A stretch of 64,000 bases of DNA, taken from NCBI GenBank assembly GCA_041482115.1, contig JBGPDC010000005.1, positions 96 to 64,095 on the forward strand, read 5' to 3'. Under the pieces are notes generated by a model, which saw only the letters and a program-made list of their open reading frames with translations, ran no database searches and had not been told where the DNA came from. Of the stretch, positions 18,972 to 28,847 are shown in pieces. Source of the DNA: Terriglobia bacterium. Lineage in GTDB: Bacteria; Acidobacteriota; Terriglobia; Bryobacterales; JACQDG01. Position numbers and translations under genes: made by a program. The stretch's first letter is position 1; each line of letters begins with the position of its first letter.

Positions 18972-21614
18972 CTATCTTTCCGCCACCAGCTTGGGCACGG
19001 CCAGCAGGCCCGAGGGCAGGGGCTCTACACTTTCCATTTCCTGCATGCGAAACCGCAGGCCGTAGCGGGCCGTGAGGGCCTGCTCGTCAATCCGGCGTCC
19101 CGCGCCTGCGAGCAGGTTGATCGCGGTGTTGTACACCTCGATGCGCAGTTCGTTCGAGCCGTCGCGCAAGAGGTCAGTTACCTCGAGGCGGTACGGTGGA
19201 TGCCACAGGGTCCCGGCGCGCTGGCCGTTGATGAACACGGTGGCGGCCTCGCGGATGGGAGGGTCAACCTGCGCCGAGAAGATAGCAGTCGAGCGGGGAC
19301 TGGCAGCTTCGCGCGGATCGCGGGGCGTAGCCGGCGCCTCGCCGAAATCCAGGAACACGTGCACGCCAGAGCCGTGAAACGCGAACGCGAGAGTGATGTC
19401 CCGCCGGTAGGTGACAGTGCCCGAAAAGTGGCTGGTGGCGGAGTCTTCGGACCACGAGTACGGCAGATCGACGGTGCGGCTCGCGCCGGCGCCGCCCGGA
19501 AAGCTCACCCTCCAGCCCGCGCGCAACTCTTCCGAGGCGGCCACCGCCCCGTGCCACGCCGGCGCGATGCTTCCGCCGCCCCCGTGGAACACGATCACGC
19601 GCGAACCGTAAGCCTCGAGATCGAGCACCACCTCCCCGCCCTGGGACTCCGCGCGCGACGCGGTCCCAGTAAAGGGGTCCCAGAGTTCGGCGTGCGGGGT
19701 TTGGGCGTGGAAGCGCGCGCGAACCCGCCGCGAAGTGTTGCCGGTGTTCGCGAGGAAGTAGAGGTCGCCCTGCGGCAGGTGCCGGTGGACAAAACCGATC
19801 TCCGGCGTGGCCGGCGTGAGGGTCACGTCGGATTGTGTCACGGCAGCGAGGCGGCGACCGAGCACCGCAATGTCAACCAGTTCGATCGAGGGTCCGCGGT
19901 CCGGTTTGCGGCCCACGGCGAGCACGGTGCCGCCGCCCTGGGCGTACTCGGTGAGCCAGCGGGCGGTGGCCTCCGGCAGGAAGCGGACATTGGGCAGCAC
20001 GATCGCCTTGTACCGGCGTCCCGCGAGAGCCAGCGTCCCGTCGTCGATCACGTCGAAGCTCAAACCGCCATCGAGAATCGCCGGGATGACGTCGGGGCCG
20101 ACACGGTCCGCAGTGCGACGCCAGAGGTCGAGGTTGGCGGGCGTGCCGGGCCGGAAGGAAGCCCAGGCGTCTTCGGTGGGCGCGTAGAGGGCGACATCGG
20201 CCACCGGCTCACCCTGCCGCAGCAGGAAGCTCACCCGCTGCAGGTAGCGCGAGAGGTCGGGCATCACCGGCCACCAGGGGTTCTTGTCGTTGAACACCGC
20301 GGCCGCGTAGAAACTCCAACCGGGATTGCCGGCCTGCGGCGGCGAGTAGGGCCAGCCGTGTCCGATGAGCTGGTTGATGCCGGCGAGGAAGTGCTGGTCC
20401 GCTTCGGCCTTGATGTCGAGCGGCGTGGCGCGGAAAGCGGGCGAGTGGAGCCAGGTCCAGGTTTCGGAGGAAGTCACCGGCTTGCCAAAGAGGTGGGACG
20501 CCGACGAGGCCCAGCGCGTGGTAGCGAGGGTGCGCCAGTGCCAGCCCTCGCCATCGAAGATGTCCGCCTGGCGGTGGCTCGCTAGCGTGGCCGGCGGCAT
20601 GCCGTAGTTCTCGATGCGCAGCAGGACGCCGTTCTTCTTGGCCCAGTCGTACAGGGGCGCGAGAAAGCGCTCCTCGTAAAGCTCGCTCAAGGTGTGGCCG
20701 ACGTCGCGACGGACCTCGAGCGCGCGGTCGCCGGTCCCGTACTCTATAAGAGGTAGCAGAGGCTGCAGGTCGTACCCGCGCCGGCGGCGGAACTCAGTGA
20801 GGAGGTCGGGGGTCCAGTCGGCGTCGTAGACTTCGAGGCTGTCGCAGTAGACGGCGTAGACGTTGCCCGGACCCGCAGCGGTAAGCAGCTTGTCGCCGAC
20901 TTCTTTGAGGTGCGTTTCGATCGCGGGACGGCTGTAGTGGTCGAGTACGTACCCTTCGGCGCCATAAGCGGCGCGCTTCACGGCCTGCCCCGTGTGGCTC
21001 GCGAAATAGAAGACCGCCGCGCGGGGGCCCTCATTCGGTGGCAGCGCGAGAGGACCGTTGCCGGCGATATCCAGCGCCTCGAACGTCGCGGCATCCATCT
21101 CCGGCACCGCGCCGAGCGCAATAAACGCTCCCACCAACCGCTCCCCCTCGCGTGGGGCGAGCCTCGCCAGCCGGCGCGCGCCCGGCGCCACCGCCACGCG
21201 CTCGGACCGCAAGCGTCCCGCCGCGAGTTCCAGCGGAATGTGCGGACCGCCGAAGGACCAACCGCTGCCGATAGTCACGTCCATGCGGAGGCCCAGTTCC
21301 TTCGCGCGGCGGGCCGTGAACCGGACCATGTCCAGAAACTCGGGCGAGAGGTAGCGGTAGTTGCGGAAATCGTGCGCGGGGTCGTCGAGGGCGAGCGGAT
21401 AAACCGGCTGTATTTCAAACCCGCCGATGCCGCCCTCTTTCATGCGCTGCATTTCGAGATCGAGCTGCTCGCGGGTCATCGATGGTCCGAACCACCACCA
21501 GCGCATCATGATGCGGGCGTCGTCGGGCGGGCTCCCGAAGCGCTGGCGCAGGTCGTCGAGGGCCTGGGCGTGCAGGCTGGCGGCCAGCAGAACTAGAGCC
21601 AGGTATCGCGCCAT
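18972..21614 (-). CDS. Glycoside hydrolase, GH106 (alpha-L-rhamnosidase)-like, secreted
   Basis: Signal peptide MARYLALVLLAASLHA; MRWWWFG, GIGGFEI, GSGWSFGGP, DSLEV, SETWT, C-terminal beta-sandwich ending PSGLL. Confidence 0.8.
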   Translation of the reverse strand: MARYLALVLLAASLHAQALDDLRQRFGSPPDDARIMMRWWWFGPSMTREQLDLEMQRMKEGGIGGFEIQPVYPLALDDPAHDFRNYRYLSPEFLDMVRFTARRAKELGLRMDVTIGSGWSFGGPHIPLELAAGRLRSERVAVAPGARRLARLAPREGERLVGAFIALGAVPEMDAATFEALDIAGNGPLALPPNEGPRAAVFYFASHTGQAVKRAAYGAEGYVLDHYSRPAIETHLKEVGDKLLTAAGPGNVYAVYCDSLEVYDADWTPDLLTEFRRRRGYDLQPLLPLIEYGTGDRALEVRRDVGHTLSELYEERFLAPLYDWAKKNGVLLRIENYGMPPATLASHRQADIFDGEGWHWRTLATTRWASSASHLFGKPVTSSETWTWLHSPAFRATPLDIKAEADQHFLAGINQLIGHGWPYSPPQAGNPGWSFYAAAVFNDKNPWWPVMPDLSRYLQRVSFLLRQGEPVADVALYAPTEDAWASFRPGTPANLDLWRRTADRVGPDVIPAILDGGLSFDVIDDGTLALAGRRYKAIVLPNVRFLPEATARWLTEYAQGGGTVLAVGRKPDRGPSIELVDIAVLGRRLAAVTQSDVTLTPATPEIGFVHRHLPQGDLYFLANTGNTSRRVRARFHAQTPHAELWDPFTGTASRAESQGGEVVLDLEAYGSRVIVFHGGGGSIAPAWHGAVAASEELRAGWRVSFPGGAGASRTVDLPYSWSEDSATSHFSGTVTYRRDITLAFAFHGSGVHVFLDFGEAPATPRDPREAASPRSTAIFSAQVDPPIREAATVFINGQRAGTLWHPPYRLEVTDLLRDGSNELRIEVYNTAINLLAGAGRRIDEQALTARYGLRFRMQEMESVEPLPSGLLAVPKLVAER

Positions 21615-21677
21615 GGAAGAATTTAGTCTAACAGCTTCCATTGTTATACTGATCTCGCGAGGTGGAGGAGGCTGAAC

Positions 21678-23528
21678 ATGAGGATGATCCTCGGAGTGGC
21701 CCTGGTCGCGGGGACGCTGGCGCCGGCACTCCCCCAAGCGGTGCCGGGAAAAGCCGACTGGCCGTCTTATGGACACGACCCGCAGGCGACGAAGTACTCG
21801 CCGCTTGACCAGATCAACGCGAAAAATGTCGTCCAATTGAAGCGGGCGTGGGAATACCACACCAAGGAACGGGGGCGGGCGTTCGAGACGACGCCCATCA
21901 TGGTCGATGGCGTCCTGTATTTTTCCACGCAGAACCAGCGGACCGTCGCGCTCGAGCCGGAAACGGGCAAAGAAATCTGGAAGTACGATCCCAAGTCGAA
22001 CGGGCGCGAGCAGCGGGGCCTCTCCTACTGGCCGGGAGATAAGCAGACGCCGGCGCGGATCCTGCTCGGCACGGGCGACGGCCGCCTGATCGCGCTCGAT
22101 GCGAAGACGGGCACGCCGATACGTGGTTTCGGCGACAACGGGGTGATCGACCTGAAAGCCGGGATCACGGATAAGTTTCCCAAGGCCACCTATTCGATCA
22201 CCTCGGCTCCTGCCATCTACAAGGACATGGTGATCGTGGGACCGGCGACGCAGGAGGGTCCCTCGCTCGGGCCGAGCGGCGATCCGCGCGCCTACGATAT
22301 CCGGACGGGGAAGCTGCTGTGGCGGTTCCACAACGTCCCGCAGCCGGGCGAACCGGGCAGCGACACCTGGGGACCCGACGGCTGGAAGGACCGCTCGGGA
22401 CCCAGCCAATGGGGCCACATCACGGTCGATGTCGAGCGCGGGCTGCTCTTCCTGCCCATCGGCAACGCGGCCGACAGCTTCTACGGGGCCGACCGCAAGG
22501 GCACCAATCTCTACGCCAATTCCGTGGTGGCGCTCGAGGCGGCGACCGGCAAGCTGCGATGGTATTACCAGGTGGTACACCACGACATTTGGGATTACGA
22601 CCTGAGTGCGCCGCCCACCCTCATTGAGGTGAAGCGCAACGGCCAGACCATTCCGGCGCTGGCGCAAATTACGAAGATGGGGCTGCTCTTCATTCTCGAC
22701 CGCACCACCGGAAAGCCGGTGTTCGGGGTGGAGGAGCGCCCGGTGCCGAAAAGCGACACGCCGGGCGAGGTGTCGTGGCCCACGCAGCCCTTCCCGGTGA
22801 AGCCGCCGCCGCTCGCGCGGATGACCATGACGAAAGACGACATCACGACGCGCACGCCGGAGGCCAACAAATTCTGCAGCGAGTGGTTCACCCGGCTGCG
22901 GCACGAGGGTCCCTACACGCCCTTCGGACTGACGCCCTCGCTGCTGCTCCCGGGGACCATGGGTGGCGGGAACTGGGGTGGCGTGTCGTTCGATCCGAAG
23001 CTCGGATACATCTTCGTCAACACCAGCAGCCTGGGCGGCACCGGCCACATGGTGAAGTCCGAACCGGACGCGCCGATGCCGTATCGCAACGACGGCGGGT
23101 ACACGCGGTTCCTCGATGAGGACCAGTATCCGTGCCAGAAACCGCCCTGGGGCGAGCTAACCGCGGTGAACGCCAATACCGGAGACATCGCGTGGCGGGT
23201 GCCGCTCGGCAGCTACGACGAGCTCGAGGCGCAGGGCGTCAAGAATACCGGGGCGTCCAACATGGGAGGCTCGATCGTGACGGCGGGCGGGGTGGTGTTC
23301 ATCGCCGCGACGACGGACTCGAAGTTTCGCGCGTTCGACTCGCGCACCGGCCGGGAGCTGTGGGTGACGAAGCTCGACGCCACGGGCGACACCGTGCCGA
23401 TGACCTATCTGGGACGCAACGGCAAACAATATGTCGTAATCGCGGCGGGCGGCACGAACCGCTTCCGCATGATCGCCAAGACCGCGGATGAGACCGCCGA
23501 CGTGCTGATCGCTTTTGCGCTGCCATGA
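21678..23528 (+). CDS. PQQ-dependent dehydrogenase, glucose/quinate DH-like without membrane anchor
   Basis: Signal peptide; YSPLDQIN, HHDIWDYD, PTQPFP, GGNWGG, PCQKPPWG. Confidence 0.88.
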   Translation: MRMILGVALVAGTLAPALPQAVPGKADWPSYGHDPQATKYSPLDQINAKNVVQLKRAWEYHTKERGRAFETTPIMVDGVLYFSTQNQRTVALEPETGKEIWKYDPKSNGREQRGLSYWPGDKQTPARILLGTGDGRLIALDAKTGTPIRGFGDNGVIDLKAGITDKFPKATYSITSAPAIYKDMVIVGPATQEGPSLGPSGDPRAYDIRTGKLLWRFHNVPQPGEPGSDTWGPDGWKDRSGPSQWGHITVDVERGLLFLPIGNAADSFYGADRKGTNLYANSVVALEAATGKLRWYYQVVHHDIWDYDLSAPPTLIEVKRNGQTIPALAQITKMGLLFILDRTTGKPVFGVEERPVPKSDTPGEVSWPTQPFPVKPPPLARMTMTKDDITTRTPEANKFCSEWFTRLRHEGPYTPFGLTPSLLLPGTMGGGNWGGVSFDPKLGYIFVNTSSLGGTGHMVKSEPDAPMPYRNDGGYTRFLDEDQYPCQKPPWGELTAVNANTGDIAWRVPLGSYDELEAQGVKNTGASNMGGSIVTAGGVVFIAATTDSKFRAFDSRTGRELWVTKLDATGDTVPMTYLGRNGKQYVVIAAGGTNRFRMIAKTADETADVLIAFALP

Positions 23529-24037
23529 AACTGGAGATGAGAAAGGCACTGTTCCTCACGCTGGCCGCGGCCGCCCTGTGTCTCGCGCAGGAGGCGAAGA
23601 ACGCCAAGGACGCCGGTCCGCCGCTGCCGGAAGGCGAGGGGAAAGAGCTTGTGATCCGGATGTGCAACAAGTGCCACGGGCCGGCAGTGTTCACAAAAAC
23701 ACGGATGGGGCGCGTGGGCTGGGAAGACCAGGTAGCGTCCATGGTGGAGAAAGGCGCCGTCGGAACCGAAGAAGAGATCCAGATCGTAGTGGACTACCTG
23801 GTGAAGAACTTCGGCCGCGATTCGCAGCCGAAAGCCGCAGCGCAAGAGAAGGTTAACGTGAACAAGGCCACCGCGAAGCAACTGGAAACGGCGCTGGGGC
23901 TGTCGGCGAAAGAGGCCGAGGCGATGGTGCAGTACCGGGAGAAGAACGGCAACTTCCACGAGTGGGGCGACCTGGGCAAGGTCCCCGGGGTCGAGCTGAA
24001 GAAGCTCGAGGGGAAAAAGGCGGCCCTCGAATTCTAG
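23525..24037 (+). CDS. Cytochrome c plus ComEA-like helix-hairpin-helix protein
   Basis: Signal peptide; LPEGEGK..CNKCH; KVNVNKAT...YREKNGNF...KVPGV. Confidence 0.85.
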   Translation: MKLEMRKALFLTLAAAALCLAQEAKNAKDAGPPLPEGEGKELVIRMCNKCHGPAVFTKTRMGRVGWEDQVASMVEKGAVGTEEEIQIVVDYLVKNFGRDSQPKAAAQEKVNVNKATAKQLETALGLSAKEAEAMVQYREKNGNFHEWGDLGKVPGVELKKLEGKKAALEF

Positions 24038-24095
24038 CGGCACTCAGCCTCGGCCAGCCCAATCGGGTTAGACTGGTCTCATAAGGAGAAAACAA

Positions 24096-24635
24096 ATGTT
24101 CTTCATTCATGGCCTGCCGGCTCGTGTGGCCGGCAGTCTGGCAGTGTTGCTCGGCGGCGCGCTCACCCTGTGCGGCCAGTCCAACGGTTATTTGAAGACC
24201 AGCGTGAACCCCGGCCGGGCGGGAGTTTTCATAGACGGCAAGTACGTCGGCCCGGCAGCGAATTTCCGCATCGGCCGGAAATATGCGATCCCCGCCGGCT
24301 CGCACGAGGTGAAGCTGGTGGACCCGCGCTTCGAGGAATACACCGGCCAAATCAACATCGAAGCGGGCAAGACGGCCAAGCTCAGCCAGACGTTGAAGCC
24401 CATTACGCTCGACAAGCCGCCGTTCGGCCGGATACGGACGATTCACCCGGATAAATTCGCGGCCGTCTACGTAAACGACAAGTTTTACGGACACGCCGAC
24501 GAATTCAACAACCCGTGGCAAGGCATCCTGATAAAGCCCGGCGAATACGACGTGCGGATTGAGCCGACCTCGGGCGGCAGCCCGATCCGCCAGCACGTCA
24601 AGGTCGAGGCCGACAAAATCACCACCGTTAAGTAG
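24096..24635 (+). CDS. PEGA domain protein
   Basis: Signal peptide; two repeats AGVFIDGKYVG and AAVYVNDKFYG; AGGAG RBS. Confidence 0.8.
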   Translation: MFFIHGLPARVAGSLAVLLGGALTLCGQSNGYLKTSVNPGRAGVFIDGKYVGPAANFRIGRKYAIPAGSHEVKLVDPRFEEYTGQINIEAGKTAKLSQTLKPITLDKPPFGRIRTIHPDKFAAVYVNDKFYGHADEFNNPWQGILIKPGEYDVRIEPTSGGSPIRQHVKVEADKITTVK

Positions 24636-24653
24636 CGACTCGCTCGACGATCT

Positions 24654-25163
24654 ATGCCTATTGCTGATTCCATTCTTCCCGAGTTCGATCACGAGATGGC
24701 CAACACCCGCAAGACGCTCGAGCGGGTGCCGGACGACAAGTTCGCCTGGAAGCCTCACGAGAAGTCCATGACCCTGGGACGCCTCGCGGGGCACCTTGCC
24801 GAGATGCCCGGCTGGGGCGTATACACCCTGAACACGGAGTCGTTAGATATCGCGCCCGTGGACGGTCCGCCGATGCAGCCCTCCCAGCCGAAGACCCGCC
24901 AGGAAGTGCTGGCCCTCTTCGACAAGGGCGTCGCCGAGATGCGGGCGGCGCTCGCGGCGGCGAAGGACGATCAACTGCTGAAGCCGTGGTCGCTACTCTC
25001 CGGCGGCAAGCCGATCTTCACCATGCCGCGCATCGCCGTGGTCCGCGGCATGATCCTGAACCACGGCATCCACCACCGTGCCCAGCTTGGGGTCTACCTG
25101 CGGCTGAACAATCTGCCCGTGCCGGCGCTTTACGGTCCTTCGGCGGACGAAGGAAAACCTTAG
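24654..25163 (+). CDS. DinB family protein
   Basis: WKPHEKSMTLGRLAGHLA, NHGIHHRAQLGVYLR, YGPSAD. Confidence 0.9.
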   Translation: MPIADSILPEFDHEMANTRKTLERVPDDKFAWKPHEKSMTLGRLAGHLAEMPGWGVYTLNTESLDIAPVDGPPMQPSQPKTRQEVLALFDKGVAEMRAALAAAKDDQLLKPWSLLSGGKPIFTMPRIAVVRGMILNHGIHHRAQLGVYLRLNNLPVPALYGPSADEGKP

Positions 25164-25897
25164 CGCGCTCCGTGCTTGAGGGCCCCGAAGGCCGCGAAGC
25201 AGGTGTTCTTGTGCAGGATCTCGGCCTCGGAGAACCCCACGGCGCGCAGCAGATCCAACTGGAACATCAGCGGACGCGGCGTGTCCTCCTGCTCAATGTA
25301 GCCGAAGACCTGCCGCCGATAGTCGTCTCCCTTTAGGCTCTCCAGGTAGCGGCCGTAGCGTTCCCACATCCGGGCTTGCACGGCGGGGAGGGAGTGCTCG
25401 ACCATGTCGAAGATCCAAAAGGAACCGCCGGTTCGCAGGGCGCGATAAACCTTTTCAAACACGGCCCGCCATTCGGACTCGCCGCGCAGATGATGCAGCA
25501 CGGCCGCCGTTACCACGAGATCAAAGCACCCCTGGCCGAGCGGCAAATCGCGCACGTCCCCCTGCAGTGTCGTGACGGGACGCTTCGCGACCCCGCCGAG
25601 CCGCTCGGTGGCACGGTCGAGCATGGGCCGGCTGAGGTCGATCAGCGTGACCGCGAGGTCCGGCAGTCTCTCGAGCAGCTTGAGGGTGTAATTGCCGGCG
25701 CCGCATCCAATATCGAGCAAGGACGCGGCGTGCGGCGTGGCGGCGCTCGCCGCCTCGGCGATCAGCTCGAGAGCCAGGGGCGAGTCGACCGTGGCCGCCT
25801 GTCCGGTCTCAAGGTTCGAGAAGCGTTCGACATCGTTATCGAAACGGCGGCGGATCTCGTCGACGGTGGATTTGGCGGCAGGGCCGGAGGCAGACAT
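25160..25897 (-). CDS. Class I SAM-dependent methyltransferase
   Basis: LLDIGCGAG motif I, IDLSRPML, AVLHHL; start at MSASG after AAGGGAG. Confidence 0.88.
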   Translation of the reverse strand: MSASGPAAKSTVDEIRRRFDNDVERFSNLETGQAATVDSPLALELIAEAASAATPHAASLLDIGCGAGNYTLKLLERLPDLAVTLIDLSRPMLDRATERLGGVAKRPVTTLQGDVRDLPLGQGCFDLVVTAAVLHHLRGESEWRAVFEKVYRALRTGGSFWIFDMVEHSLPAVQARMWERYGRYLESLKGDDYRRQVFGYIEQEDTPRPLMFQLDLLRAVGFSEAEILHKNTCFAAFGALKHGAR

Positions 25898-25959
25898 CAC
25901 TCCCTTTTTACCACGACAGTCGGGACGGCCCGCTCGGGTCTGAGACGCGTTGATCGAGA

Positions 25960-26082
25960 TCAGCGATTCCCAAACATGGCGATGAGCAACACGGCGACCC
26001 TCAACGCGGTATACAGAGTGAAGACAATAATGATAGCTGCGATCCAGACGGCCGTCCACGGAGACTGGGTCGGATCCCACAT
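25960..26082 (-). CDS. Small membrane protein, 40 aa (MWDPTQSPWTAVWIAAIIIVFTLYTALRVAVLLIAMFGNR)
   Basis: Translated by hand; fills the gap between two co-oriented genes; long hydrophobic stretch; weak RBS. Confidence 0.5.
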   Translation of the reverse strand: MWDPTQSPWTAVWIAAIIIVFTLYTALRVAVLLIAMFGNR

Positions 26083-26101
26083 CGTCTGCGCACGGCTCGC
26101 T

Positions 26102-26857
26102 TCAGAACGGCGACTCTACGCTCAACGGTTGCAAATTCGTAAAGGGGCCGGACGGATTGAAGCGCAACCCCACCATCGCCAGACCTCCCGCGCCGCATCC
26201 AAACGATGGATAGAACTGCATGTAGCCCCGCTTCCCCGCCGTTTCCGGCAGCAGGTCCGTCGAGACGAAAGCAGCGTGACCGCTGGCCAGCAGGCCCACG
26301 ACGTTCTTCGGGGCGTCGGCGAGCAGCCGTCCCGACTCGTCGCGGATCGGGGAGACGTCCACCGTACACGCCGAGTTAGCCAGGTTCACGACGGCGAAGC
26401 TGGTGGCGAGGCCGCCGGTGTTGTCGAACGGGAAGGTGAGGCCATTGGCCGCGCGCATCCCCGCAGCCACGGCTTCGTAGTCCGGCCGCCCCGGTATGAT
26501 TTGCCGGAACACGGCGAACGCCCGCACCGGAACGTTGCCGGCGGACTGGTTGATCTCGGCCCAGCCGGCCTGCACGTTCGGCCGGACACCGGCGGTCTCC
26601 AGATAGACGGAGGAGTTGGGGGCAATTTCGAGGTCGAGCGAGCGGACCACGCCGTAATTCAGGACCGCCACGTCCTGCAAGAGGCCGGTGTCGGAGCGAA
26701 ACTTGACATTGACCTGCGCCGCCTCCGAGCTGAAGCCGTTGAAGATGGCGATGGTGCTTCGCCAGCCGCCGCCGTCGGCGATGTGGGGAATGGCCAGCGG
26801 CGAATCGGCGCCTGCCAGAGCCGTGACCAGGAGAAACAAAACGGGAACGCGAACCAT
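26102..26857 (-). CDS. Secreted hypothetical protein
   Basis: Signal peptide; IPHIADGGGW motif; AAGGAGG RBS; beta-rich. Confidence 0.8.
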   Translation of the reverse strand: MVRVPVLFLLVTALAGADSPLAIPHIADGGGWRSTIAIFNGFSSEAAQVNVKFRSDTGLLQDVAVLNYGVVRSLDLEIAPNSSVYLETAGVRPNVQAGWAEINQSAGNVPVRAFAVFRQIIPGRPDYEAVAAGMRAANGLTFPFDNTGGLATSFAVVNLANSACTVDVSPIRDESGRLLADAPKNVVGLLASGHAAFVSTDLLPETAGKRGYMQFYPSFGCGAGGLAMVGLRFNPSGPFTNLQPLSVESPF

Positions 26858-26980
26858 GGGGGGACCCTCCTTATGTACAGTCCTACCCTTTGTGGAGGCG
26901 GAACGCCATCGGGCAGTTCGCTGAGGAAGCGGCGGGAGGTTCGGTTTAATACGGCGTATGCCGGGTGGAGCTTACCACGT

Positions 26981-27017
26981 TTGACATCAAAACATCAAAA
27001 GATCTATGCTTTGATGT
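26981..27017 (+). promoter_or_regulatory. Sigma70 promoter with overlapping TA operator
   Basis: TTGACA-18nt-TATGCT; ACATCAAA x2 and inverted TTTGATGT; ATG 7 nt after the -10 box. Confidence 0.7.
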
Positions 27018-27266
27018 ATGAGAACTACGCTCAGCCTGGATGACGACGTCGCCGCGTTACTCAACCGCGCGCGGCGGACCCGCCAGGCCAGCCTGAAGAA
27101 GGTCGTCAACGAGGCGCTCCGGCACGGGCTACGGCAGATGACCGCGGCGCCTGAGAAGCTCCGGCCCTACCGGACGCCGGGGGTCTCACTCGGCCGTTGC
27201 CGGATCGGGAGCATTGACGATGTCTCGGAAGCCCTCGCCCTAGGTGAAGGAGAATCGTTCCGGTGA
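27018..27266 (+). CDS. vapB: RHH antitoxin (VapB-like)
   Basis: [11 protein letters not shown]...[10 protein letters not shown]; GTGA overlap with toxin. Confidence 0.88.
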   Translation: MRTTLSLDDDVAALLNRARRTRQASLKKVVNEALRHGLRQMTAAPEKLRPYRTPGVSLGRCRIGSIDDVSEALALGEGESFR

Positions 27267-27694
27267 TTTTGGTCGATGCGAACCTGCTGGTCTACGCCCG
27301 GGTCGCCAGTCTTCCGCAACATGAGGCTGCCCGCGCTTGGCTCGATGCCCGCTTGAACGGAACTGCGGCCGTGGGCCTGCCCTGGCCGAGCCTGCTGGCA
27401 TTCATCCGGCTGGTTTCCAACCCGCGCATCTTTGAGCATCCGGAAACCGTAGCGGCGGCGTGGCGGCAAGTAGAGGCCTGGCTCGACTGCCGGCCGGTCT
27501 GGATTCCCTCACCGACCGAGCAACATCGGCAGATTCTCACTGCGGTACTGCCCACCCAGGCGGCCAAATCCAGCCTGATTCCCGATGCCCACCTGGCCGC
27601 CCTGGCGATCGAACACGGCCTGACGCTGTGCTCGACCGATGGCGATTTCGGACGCTTTGCCGGGCTGCGCTGGGAGAACCCGCTGGGAGCCTAA
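27263..27694 (+). CDS. vapC: PIN-domain toxin (VapC)
   Basis: [33 protein letters not shown]. Confidence 0.92.
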   Translation: MILVDANLLVYARVASLPQHEAARAWLDARLNGTAAVGLPWPSLLAFIRLVSNPRIFEHPETVAAAWRQVEAWLDCRPVWIPSPTEQHRQILTAVLPTQAAKSSLIPDAHLAALAIEHGLTLCSTDGDFGRFAGLRWENPLGA

Positions 27695-27704
27695 ACGGGC
27701 GGTC

Positions 27705-27860
27705 CCGAGCCTGGCGACACCTCGTCTATTGGATCGAGGGTACGGCCGTCCGGCCGCCGGGCGTAACCGTTCGATGCCATGCTTGGTGCCGCCCTTGCCG
27801 GCAGCCTGGAGGAATGGAACACCCCGGAGAACTCCGAGCGCCAGGACTGGGGCCGTCGCT
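27705..27860 (+). pseudogene. Degenerate AbrB/MazE-like antitoxin remnant
   Basis: Frameshifted pieces PGD/LVYWIEGTAVR and PFDAMLGAALAGSLEEWNTPEN resemble an AbrB core and acidic tail; no start codon. Confidence 0.4.
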
Positions 27861-27869
27861 CAATGAACC

Positions 27870-27899
27870 CTGACAGACCAGTCTACCGACTGGTAGGAT
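27870..27899 (+). promoter_or_regulatory. Promoter with palindromic operator for phd-vapC
   Basis: CTGACA-18nt-TAGGAT; ACCAGTC-tacc-GACTGGT inverted repeat between the boxes. Confidence 0.65.
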
Positions 27900-27904
27900 A
27901 AGGT

Positions 27905-28147
27905 ATGGATTCCATCGGAGCATTTGAAGCGAAGACCCACCTCCCGGCCCTGCTGGAGCGGGTGTCCAAGGGCGAGACCATCCAGATCACGCGACGGGGC
28001 GTCCTGGTTGCCAAACTTGTACCCGCAGGCGCCTCCGACCAGCCCGATCGCCGCAAGCTGGCGGTGGAGATTCGAGAGATGCGCAAAGGCGTACGACTCG
28101 GGGGACTGAGCGTTCGGGAGCTCATTAACCGAGGACGACGGTATTGA
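27905..28147 (+). CDS. Phd/YefM family antitoxin
   Basis: IGAFEAKTHLPALLERVSKGETIQITRRG..VAKLVP. Confidence 0.92.
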   Translation: MDSIGAFEAKTHLPALLERVSKGETIQITRRGVLVAKLVPAGASDQPDRRKLAVEIREMRKGVRLGGLSVRELINRGRRY

Positions 28148-28563
28148 GACGCCTGGTCCTCGACGCTGCCGTAGTGGTGGCTTGGTGTTTCGAAGATGAA
28201 AAGACACCCTACACCGAACGGTTGCTGGATCTGCTCGCCGCCGGCGGCGAAGCCCTCGTTCCGGCGGTCTGGCCGGCCGAGGTGACCAATGCGCTGCTGA
28301 GCGCCGAGCGCAGCCGCCGCATTGCGCTGGCGCAGGTCCGGCTCTTCCTGGACCGGCTGGCTGGCTTCGCGATCACGATCGATCCGGTGCAAACCGCGCG
28401 CGCCTTCGATAGCGTGCTGTCCGTCGCCCGCGAGCGTAACCTCACTACTTACGACGCCGCCTACTTGGAATTGGCCCTGCGCGAACGACTACCGCTCGCA
28501 ACGCTGGATAGAGCCCTTCGAAAAGCGGCGAAGGCGGCGGGGGTTGCGATCTTGGAAGGTTAG
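28144..28563 (+). CDS. vapC: PIN-domain toxin (VapC)
   Basis: LVLDAAV..WCFEDE, LTTYDAAYLELA, LATLD. Confidence 0.92.
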   Translation: MRRLVLDAAVVVAWCFEDEKTPYTERLLDLLAAGGEALVPAVWPAEVTNALLSAERSRRIALAQVRLFLDRLAGFAITIDPVQTARAFDSVLSVARERNLTTYDAAYLELALRERLPLATLDRALRKAAKAAGVAILEG

Positions 28564-28584
28564 GCCGGTTGACGGCACGCCACT

Positions 28585-28847
28585 TCATCGTTCGATCGAT
28601 TGCCGAGCCTGGAACGTCCTCGCCGTCTGCCGATAGTAAATGCGATACGGCGGAACGGCCCAGGCCTGCACTTGCCGCCCATCTCGCAGGCGAACCTGGC
28701 GTCCGGCGATGTCCCCGGAAGCTAGCAGGTCGATAACATTTACAATCCGTGCAACATTCGATCTGCTGCCTTAGGGTTGTCCTGCGCTATCCGTTGGTAT
28801 GCCTGGCTTAGATCTTGTCGCGCCTGGCGCGAGACAATGACTTTCAT
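28585..28847 (-). pseudogene. parE: ParE/RelE family toxin, frameshifted
   Basis: MKVIVSRQARQDL...IAQDNPKAADRML, then after a 1-nt frameshift near 28752 RIVNVIDLLA...PPYRIYYR; ATGA overlap with the upstream gene. Confidence 0.75.

Noticed and set aside
21615-23048. N-terminal extension of the 1358-aa ORF
   Set aside because: Antisense shadow of the PQQ dehydrogenase; the glycosidase starts at 21614
21678-23528. Lanthanide dependence inferred from WDYD
   Set aside because: The glucose/quinate DH clade has D-x-D without being lanthanide-dependent, so the motif is not diagnostic here
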